Below are positions 58,486-64,000 of a stretch of DNA of 64,000 nucleotides, piece after piece. Each line of letters begins with the position of its first letter. The first letter of the stretch is position 1. Position numbers and translations under genes: made by a program. The stretch spans positions 32,001-96,000 of the IMG/VR virus record IMGVR_UViG_3300042309_002885, one strand, 5' to 3'. This stretch comes from a virus. Below the pieces are notes generated by a model. The model did no database searches. It was not told the DNA's origin and saw only the letters and a program-made list of their open reading frames with translations.

Positions 58486-59224
58486 AAAATTAGTATTAGC
58501 ATTTTCTGGCGGTTGCGATTCATCTGTACTTCTCTTTATGGCGGCAGGTAGAGGATATGAAGAAATTCATACCGTAACCTTCGATTATGGTCAAAGACAT
58601 CGTCGTGAAATGCAATGTGTACCGCTTCAAAAATGGAGTCTTGAAGAGAAATACCCTAATGTTAAATTTACAAATAAAGTATTAGATGTAAGCTATCTAA
58701 AGGATATCTCTCCTACGTCCTCGTTAACAAATCTAGAAATTGATAATCCAGATATAAGTAAAATCGCCGGTGATGCACAGCCTGTTTCATATGTTCCGTT
58801 TCGTAATCAAATGTTTATTACGATTTGCTGTGCTTACGCGGAAAGTCTCGGTGCAGACGCGGTTTGGTACGGTGCAGCGCAAGTAGACTCGTTAGCTGGC
58901 TACTGGGATGGCTCGCAAGAATTCGTTGATAGTATAAATCAGTTAGCAGCTCTTAACAGACAACATAGGATCCTCATTGAAGCTCCATTGCTCTCCTTGT
59001 CAAAAGCAGACATCATACGAGAAGGTGTAAAACTAGGCGTTCAGTTCGAGAACACATGGACATGTTATAGTAACCGCGAGGATGGTCTTGCTGATGCTAC
59101 TACACCGTCGAGTAGTTTGCGAGTTCAGGGCTTTATTAGCGCTGGATATAAGGATCCCATCAAGTACCTTCAACAGGATAAGCTTGATGGGATATATAAA
59201 GAAAAGAATTGTAAAGAATTATAA
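58475..59224 (+). CDS. queC: 7-cyano-7-deazaguanine synthase QueC, atypical (Zn ligands missing)
   Basis: FSGGCDSS, YGQRH..E, YVPFRN, TWTCY; lacks the CxxCxxC triad and YPDC. Confidence 0.85.
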   Translation: MKRKKLVLAFSGGCDSSVLLFMAAGRGYEEIHTVTFDYGQRHRREMQCVPLQKWSLEEKYPNVKFTNKVLDVSYLKDISPTSSLTNLEIDNPDISKIAGDAQPVSYVPFRNQMFITICCAYAESLGADAVWYGAAQVDSLAGYWDGSQEFVDSINQLAALNRQHRILIEAPLLSLSKADIIREGVKLGVQFENTWTCYSNREDGLADATTPSSSLRVQGFISAGYKDPIKYLQQDKLDGIYKEKNCKEL

Positions 59225-60706
59225 TCCGTATCTTCTAAGCTCTTCTAATTGAAAAGAAGTTTTAGGTTTATATTTGTCTTTGAAAGATAGATTTTGCTGA
59301 GGTTGTGATCTTCTAGCGCTATCACTCTTTGTCTGCTCTGTAAGATATATAGCAGTGGTTATATTAACATTTTCTTGTATCTGTATAGTATCGGGTATTT
59401 TGTAGGTTTGACGCATTTCTTGTTCTGTTTTTCTAAATTCATCTCTCATACGCGTAACCCGGTCAGATTTACCTGATAATCTAGCTGCTGTTCCTTCATC
59501 TCTAAGAGCTTGTAACTCATTTTGTACTCTTTCTCTATCCTCATCGTTTTTAATTCTAGCTAAAAACTCATCTGTACCACCTCTTGATGCAATATCTCCT
59601 GCAATCTCTTTACCGGCTTGATATGCTTTAGGAGCTAAATGACTGCCTCCTACTGCTGTACCGACTAGCGCTGCGGCTCCCGCTAAACCTCTACCCACAC
59701 GTTTTGCTGACTCCATGTCAAATTTTTCTGTAGTTAAGGATTCATTACCTCTAACTATCTTTACAGGTCTAGGCTCATCTTGATATTTCTTAACAAAGCC
59801 AATAAGTCTTTGTAAATAAGGATCATTCGTTGTTGATTCATCTTCTGCTTCTTCTGTAGGATACTCTTCATCTTCTATAGATGTTGATTTGAGATTACCA
59901 ATCATATCTTTCTGATTCATGTCTGGTTCATGTATAACAACCCCCGCACCACCAAAAGACTTAAGATCGTCCGCTATTTGTCTTTCAATTTTCTCTACTC
60001 CTAATCTAGATATTATCTTACCTAGCTTGCTAGATACACCAAACACAACATCAATACTTCTACCTTCTACCTCAATGTCACCTTCATCTACAAATTTCGA
60101 GAGATATCTAACAATTTGTGTTATATCGCTCAAATCACTATCTCTATCAGCAATTATTTCGAGCATGTATTCATTACTATAGGATGATTCTAAAGAACCG
60201 ATAAGATCATCATACATATTTACAGTCTGACTCATAGACGACATTGCACTTGCTGTCTCTTTTTTACGCTCTAGTCTCGCTACCTTCTTAGCTGCTTTAA
60301 GTTCAGCATTAAGTTTATTAACCTCATAGCGTTGTTGCGCTGCATCTGTTCTATTACCTGTAGTAAAGCTGACTTTATTCTCAAGTTGATCCTTAATATG
60401 AGCTTGAATTTCGTCGCGCTTGGATTTTATCTTAGAAGCTATACCATTTGATTCAAAATATTCAACCATTCTACTAACGGAAGGGTCATTTTTAAACATT
60501 CTAACTACAGAATCATCTATAATATCCAAATCAAACAATATACCAAGCATCGCTAAGCGACCTTCACGTGTGCCGGAAGAAGCACCTCTTGATTTAGCTA
60601 ATGAACGAGCTTGATTTTGAAATCCAGGCATTATCCTGTCCATTGGCGAATCTTTAGCTTCATGTAAAGAGGATAGCCTTGATAGTAGCTTTGTAAAGGA
60701 ACTCAT
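59219..60706 (-). CDS. late hypothetical protein, possible ejection protein
   Basis: TATAAATA 6 nt upstream; MSSFTKLLSRLSSLHE start; hydrophobic GLAGAAALVGTAVGG segment. Confidence 0.65.
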   Translation of the reverse strand: MSSFTKLLSRLSSLHEAKDSPMDRIMPGFQNQARSLAKSRGASSGTREGRLAMLGILFDLDIIDDSVVRMFKNDPSVSRMVEYFESNGIASKIKSKRDEIQAHIKDQLENKVSFTTGNRTDAAQQRYEVNKLNAELKAAKKVARLERKKETASAMSSMSQTVNMYDDLIGSLESSYSNEYMLEIIADRDSDLSDITQIVRYLSKFVDEGDIEVEGRSIDVVFGVSSKLGKIISRLGVEKIERQIADDLKSFGGAGVVIHEPDMNQKDMIGNLKSTSIEDEEYPTEEAEDESTTNDPYLQRLIGFVKKYQDEPRPVKIVRGNESLTTEKFDMESAKRVGRGLAGAAALVGTAVGGSHLAPKAYQAGKEIAGDIASRGGTDEFLARIKNDEDRERVQNELQALRDEGTAARLSGKSDRVTRMRDEFRKTEQEMRQTYKIPDTIQIQENVNITTAIYLTEQTKSDSARRSQPQQNLSFKDKYKPKTSFQLEELRRYGL

Positions 60707-60712
60707 ATATTA

Positions 60713-60720
60713 TATTTATA
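60713..60720 (-). promoter_or_regulatory. late promoter for the 59219..60706 gene
   Basis: TATAAATA-N6-ATG. Confidence 0.7.
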
Positions 60721-60724
60721 CATT

Positions 60725-61048
60725 ATGCAATTAAATTGGAAAGATTTTAATGAAATGTCGTTTAATAATATTTGTAAATTGCCAGGAATCGGTAAAAAGG
60801 CTGCGGAACGTGTAATTGCTAACAGACCCTTTAGATCAAACAATGATCTTTTTAAGATTAAAGGGTTAGGTACCAGAACTTTAAGGAATTTAGGTATAGA
60901 AAAGACAAAAAAAGAGCGAAAGTCGTGGTATCTCATGGAAGATGGTATAGAATACCCGTCTTACGCACTTGCAAAGAATATTTTGACTGGAAAAATTGAT
61001 TTTTTCTGGAGAATTTCAAAAGATAAGCGAGAATATCTTGTAAGATAA
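60725..61048 (+). CDS. helix-hairpin-helix DNA-binding protein (ComEA-like)
   Basis: LPGIGKKAAERVI..RPF....DL..IKGLG. Confidence 0.85.
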   Translation: MQLNWKDFNEMSFNNICKLPGIGKKAAERVIANRPFRSNNDLFKIKGLGTRTLRNLGIEKTKKERKSWYLMEDGIEYPSYALAKNILTGKIDFFWRISKDKREYLVR

Positions 61049-61052
61049 CGTA

Positions 61053-61718
61053 ATGTGTGCAATTATTGGCTCTAAAAACACTTCAAAACTTGAAGTTATG
61101 TATACTGCTAACCTACCACGTGGTACTTTTGCTACTGGAATTGTTAGTTTGTATGATCATAACAATCAACAAACTATTAAAAAGCAAGGTACAATCGATT
61201 TTGACCAGATTCAGCTAGATGAATCGTGTGATTATTACGTCGGACACGTACAAGCACCTACATCTGCTAAGAGAATATGGTCATATGACACGTCTCATCC
61301 GTTCGAATCACTATCTTGGTCGGTTTTACATAACGGAGTGCTTACAAATCACGAGGAAATACGCTCAAAACACGTAAATTGGGACGTTAATCCCGTTGAT
61401 ACTGCGGTAATTCCGAATTTATTACAGCATTTCACAGAAAAATGCATAGAAGAGTGTCCTAGCCATGAAATTATTAAGAAAACACTTAGTTTATTGGAAG
61501 GTACATTTGCTTTATGTATTATCGATACTGATTGTAATGATATTTACCTCGCAAGACAGGGATCCATTCTCCACTACAACGATAGTGGAGATTTTTCCAC
61601 ACTCGGCGGCGAGGGATTTAAAATAGTACCAGAAGGTGTCATATTAATGCTTAAAGATTATACAAACTGGGAAGTAGTAAATCATTTTGAAGTTAAGTCT
61701 CCATTTTTATTCTTATGA
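61053..61718 (+). CDS. stand-alone class II (Ntn) glutamine amidotransferase
   Basis: N-terminal MC, GHVQAPT, HPF, LHNGVL.N, DT, GTFAL. Confidence 0.85.
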   Translation: MCAIIGSKNTSKLEVMYTANLPRGTFATGIVSLYDHNNQQTIKKQGTIDFDQIQLDESCDYYVGHVQAPTSAKRIWSYDTSHPFESLSWSVLHNGVLTNHEEIRSKHVNWDVNPVDTAVIPNLLQHFTEKCIEECPSHEIIKKTLSLLEGTFALCIIDTDCNDIYLARQGSILHYNDSGDFSTLGGEGFKIVPEGVILMLKDYTNWEVVNHFEVKSPFLFL

Positions 61719-62371
61719 AAACATTTTATTTTTCTGCTACGAAGGGAAGTCGAAAAAATACCATACTAGCTAGCAATTATTCGACGCATAATGAGTTTAT
61801 TTTCAAAGAGAATAACGCAGAGCCCCTACCCGTCGTTTATAACAAAGCAATAGACTTTGCGATTCAAGAAGATATGGATTTTTTAGTCTTATGCCATGAC
61901 GATGTAATTATAGAGTCAGACTTATCGCATAAAATTCCACCACTAATGCAGGAATTTGACATTATTGGTGTTGCAGGTGCAACAGAATGTAAGCTAAGTG
62001 AACCCGCTCTTTGGCATATAATGGGTGGAGGCTTTAATTCGGGTAAGCTACACGGCGCTGTAGCACACGGCGATAATAAAGCGAAGCATATGACTTGTTT
62101 TGGAAGTTACCCTGAACGTGTTTTGCTTCTTGACGGTGTATTCTTGTGCATGAGTAGAAATGTTTTTACGCAGGTGAGATTCGATGAATCTAATCCTGCA
62201 GGCTTTCACTTTTACGATCTTGATTATAGTTTATCTTGCTATAAAGCAGGCTTTAAGCTAGGTGTTTCAGATATCTTAATTACACATGCATCTCCAGGTC
62301 TGCGAGAATTTACCCCAGAATTTTTAGAAGGTCAACAATGGTTTCTTGAAAAGTGGAAGGGAGCGCTATAA
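61715..62371 (+). CDS. GT-A glycosyltransferase (Glyco_tranf_2_5-like)
   Basis: YNKAI, LVLCHDDV, IIGVAG, LLDGVF, FHFYDLD.S, ITHASPG; ATGA-coupled to the GATase. Confidence 0.85.
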   Translation: MKTFYFSATKGSRKNTILASNYSTHNEFIFKENNAEPLPVVYNKAIDFAIQEDMDFLVLCHDDVIIESDLSHKIPPLMQEFDIIGVAGATECKLSEPALWHIMGGGFNSGKLHGAVAHGDNKAKHMTCFGSYPERVLLLDGVFLCMSRNVFTQVRFDESNPAGFHFYDLDYSLSCYKAGFKLGVSDILITHASPGLREFTPEFLEGQQWFLEKWKGAL

Positions 62372-62378
62372 TAAAAAG

Positions 62379-63695
62379 GTGAGTAAGCTAGATCTCGATT
62401 ATTTTGAAAAGGTGCTATGTTATAGAGCTTTATTCGATACCACATATCTTTCAAGTATTGTTGATTATATAAAGCCATCGTATTTTAAAGATAAAGGTAT
62501 CGCAGCGATCTTTGATATTATAACTAATTTTTACGAGCGTAGAAATAAACTACCTACGATAACAGAAGTAAAAACCTATCTTAATACAGAGGAATCCAAA
62601 AACTCTTTTATACAGCTTGTTAACTCGTTTAAAGATATAGATAAAAACATCGATAAAGATGAACTGTATGATAATACAGAAAGATTTTTAAAAGAAAAAG
62701 CCGTCTATATGACGATGCTTGATGTAGCAAGTGATATTGCAAGTGGTAATATTGACACATCCACGATTCTAGATAAAATAGAAAAAACATGTAATATAAA
62801 TCTTGTAACTGATACAGGATTTGACTTGTATAATGATATTGATTTATTAATTGATGATCTATGTAACGTTCAAAAATCTATTCCAAGTACGTGGCCGTGG
62901 CTAGATGAAGCTCTTAATGGTGGGTTTCATGAATCTGGACGCTCCTTATATGTTTTTGCAGGAGAGACGAATATAGGTAAGTCAATTTTTCTTGGAAATA
63001 TTGCTTCTAACATAGCCAAACAGGGTAAAAATGTATTACTCGTAACGCTAGAAATGTCTGAACTTCTATACGCACGTCGTATTTGTACAAACGTTACCAA
63101 GATACCTTTAAATGATCTATCCATACACTCTAAATCACTCAAGCAAGCAATTATTGAGCAGCAAAATAGTAACGCTGGTAGGATCTTTATTAAAGAATTT
63201 CCTCCCTCAACAATAACTCCCAATCAACTTAAAGCATTTGTTAAGAAGCTAACAGATACTGGTATTACTATACACGCTATCGTACTAGATTATCTAAATT
63301 TACTACATACAACAATCGGGTCAAACTCATACGAGCGTATTAAGAACGTAACAGAGCAAGTACGAGCTATGTCCTATACATTTAATTGCCCTATCATATC
63401 TGCAACACAGTTAAACAGATCAGGATTTAATACAGAAAATCCTGATCTTGCAACAATATCTGAGTCTGTTGGTCTTGCAGCTACCGCCGATGTAATTGTT
63501 TCGATATTTCAAAATGAAGAGGATCGAGATCTTGGGATTATACGATTAGGTATGATGAAAAATAGGTATGGTCCGAGAGGTCATACACAAGCAATGCGCA
63601 TAGATTATACAACTCTTTCTATCTCGCAAGCAGAAAGCGAAGATCAAACTGCTGAAGATAGTGTATTTAGTACACTTCAAATGCTTGCAGGTTGA
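62379..63695 (+). CDS. gp41: replicative DnaB-like helicase (gp41)
   Basis: GETNIGKS, TLEMSE, IKEFP, DYLNL, SATQLNRSG, SESVGL.ATAD, KNRYG; GTG start 6 nt after TATAAT. Confidence 0.93.
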   Translation: MSKLDLDYFEKVLCYRALFDTTYLSSIVDYIKPSYFKDKGIAAIFDIITNFYERRNKLPTITEVKTYLNTEESKNSFIQLVNSFKDIDKNIDKDELYDNTERFLKEKAVYMTMLDVASDIASGNIDTSTILDKIEKTCNINLVTDTGFDLYNDIDLLIDDLCNVQKSIPSTWPWLDEALNGGFHESGRSLYVFAGETNIGKSIFLGNIASNIAKQGKNVLLVTLEMSELLYARRICTNVTKIPLNDLSIHSKSLKQAIIEQQNSNAGRIFIKEFPPSTITPNQLKAFVKKLTDTGITIHAIVLDYLNLLHTTIGSNSYERIKNVTEQVRAMSYTFNCPIISATQLNRSGFNTENPDLATISESVGLAATADVIVSIFQNEEDRDLGIIRLGMMKNRYGPRGHTQAMRIDYTTLSISQAESEDQTAEDSVFSTLQMLAG

Positions 63696-63725
63696 TTAAA
63701 CTGTCACGTTATATAAATATGTAGC

Positions 63726-64000
63726 GTGAATCGTACTCTACCCGGCAACCTAACTATACACGAAAAAATTAAAATTTTTCAGACAAATAGTGCTAATCTT
63801 ACACACGAAGACCTAAATGAGATAAAATTATATTTACTCGAATATAAAGATAACCTTCAACAGATTCAATTTTTTGAGGGGGAAATAAAAAATAATAAGA
63901 TTGTAAGCTGCTTTAGTGAGTCATACCACGAAGAGTTAATTGAGCACATGAAAAAAAAATTAAATGCTGCAATCGTGATAATAGTAGTGTTATCAAAACA
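63726..64000 (+). CDS. hypothetical protein truncated by the window edge
   Basis: GTG 6 nt after TATAAATA (63712-63719); frame open to the end of the window. Confidence 0.55.
   Translation, partial: MNRTLPGNLTIHEKIKIFQTNSANLTHEDLNEIKLYLLEYKDNLQQIQFFEGEIKNNKIVSCFSESYHEELIEHMKKKLNAAIVIIVVLSK

Noticed and set aside
1-64000. Alternative genetic code (stop-codon reassignment)
   Set aside because: Conserved genes (gp23, gp43, nrdA, gp46) are full length under code 11 and end in TAA, TGA or TAG
1-64000. tRNA, rRNA, introns, inteins, IS elements
   Set aside because: Intergenic gaps are mostly short with no cloverleaf recognised; core genes have normal lengths with no visible insertions; no transposase motifs

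Overview
This is an AT-rich segment of a large T4-like (Tevenvirinae-type) myophage genome, most likely from an uncultured lineage. Core T4-like genes are present: gp23, gp22, gp21, gp20, gp13, gp15, gp4, a split gp5, gp43, gp41, gp46/47, gp55, gp62, uvsW/X/Y and a class Id-like RNR. Five accessory features stand out. (1) A complete but scattered 7-deazaguanine DNA-modification pathway: folE, queD, queE, an atypical Zn-ligand-less queC, type II queF, a DpdA-like transglycosylase and a PurN-like formyltransferase. It has extra partners that the known pathway does not explain: two P-loop kinases, a stand-alone class II glutamine amidotransferase, DUF366 and glycosyltransferases embedded in the replication module. 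(2) A ~9 kb array of about ten diverse glycosyltransferases. (3) A cluster of late proteins with T4 internal-protein-like capsid-targeting N-termini, including a Pol-beta-NTase/RNA-ligase-like fusion, a HIGH-type nucleotidyltransferase and a retropepsin, suggesting a virion-delivered enzyme kit. (4) A tail-fibre-like protein with 14 shuffled 72-nt BspA/LRR-type repeats. (5) Early and late promoters that almost always sit 5-7 nt upstream of the start codon, implying largely leaderless mRNAs. No tRNA, rRNA, CRISPR array or IS element was recognised. All family calls come from motif recognition by eye, not from database searches.
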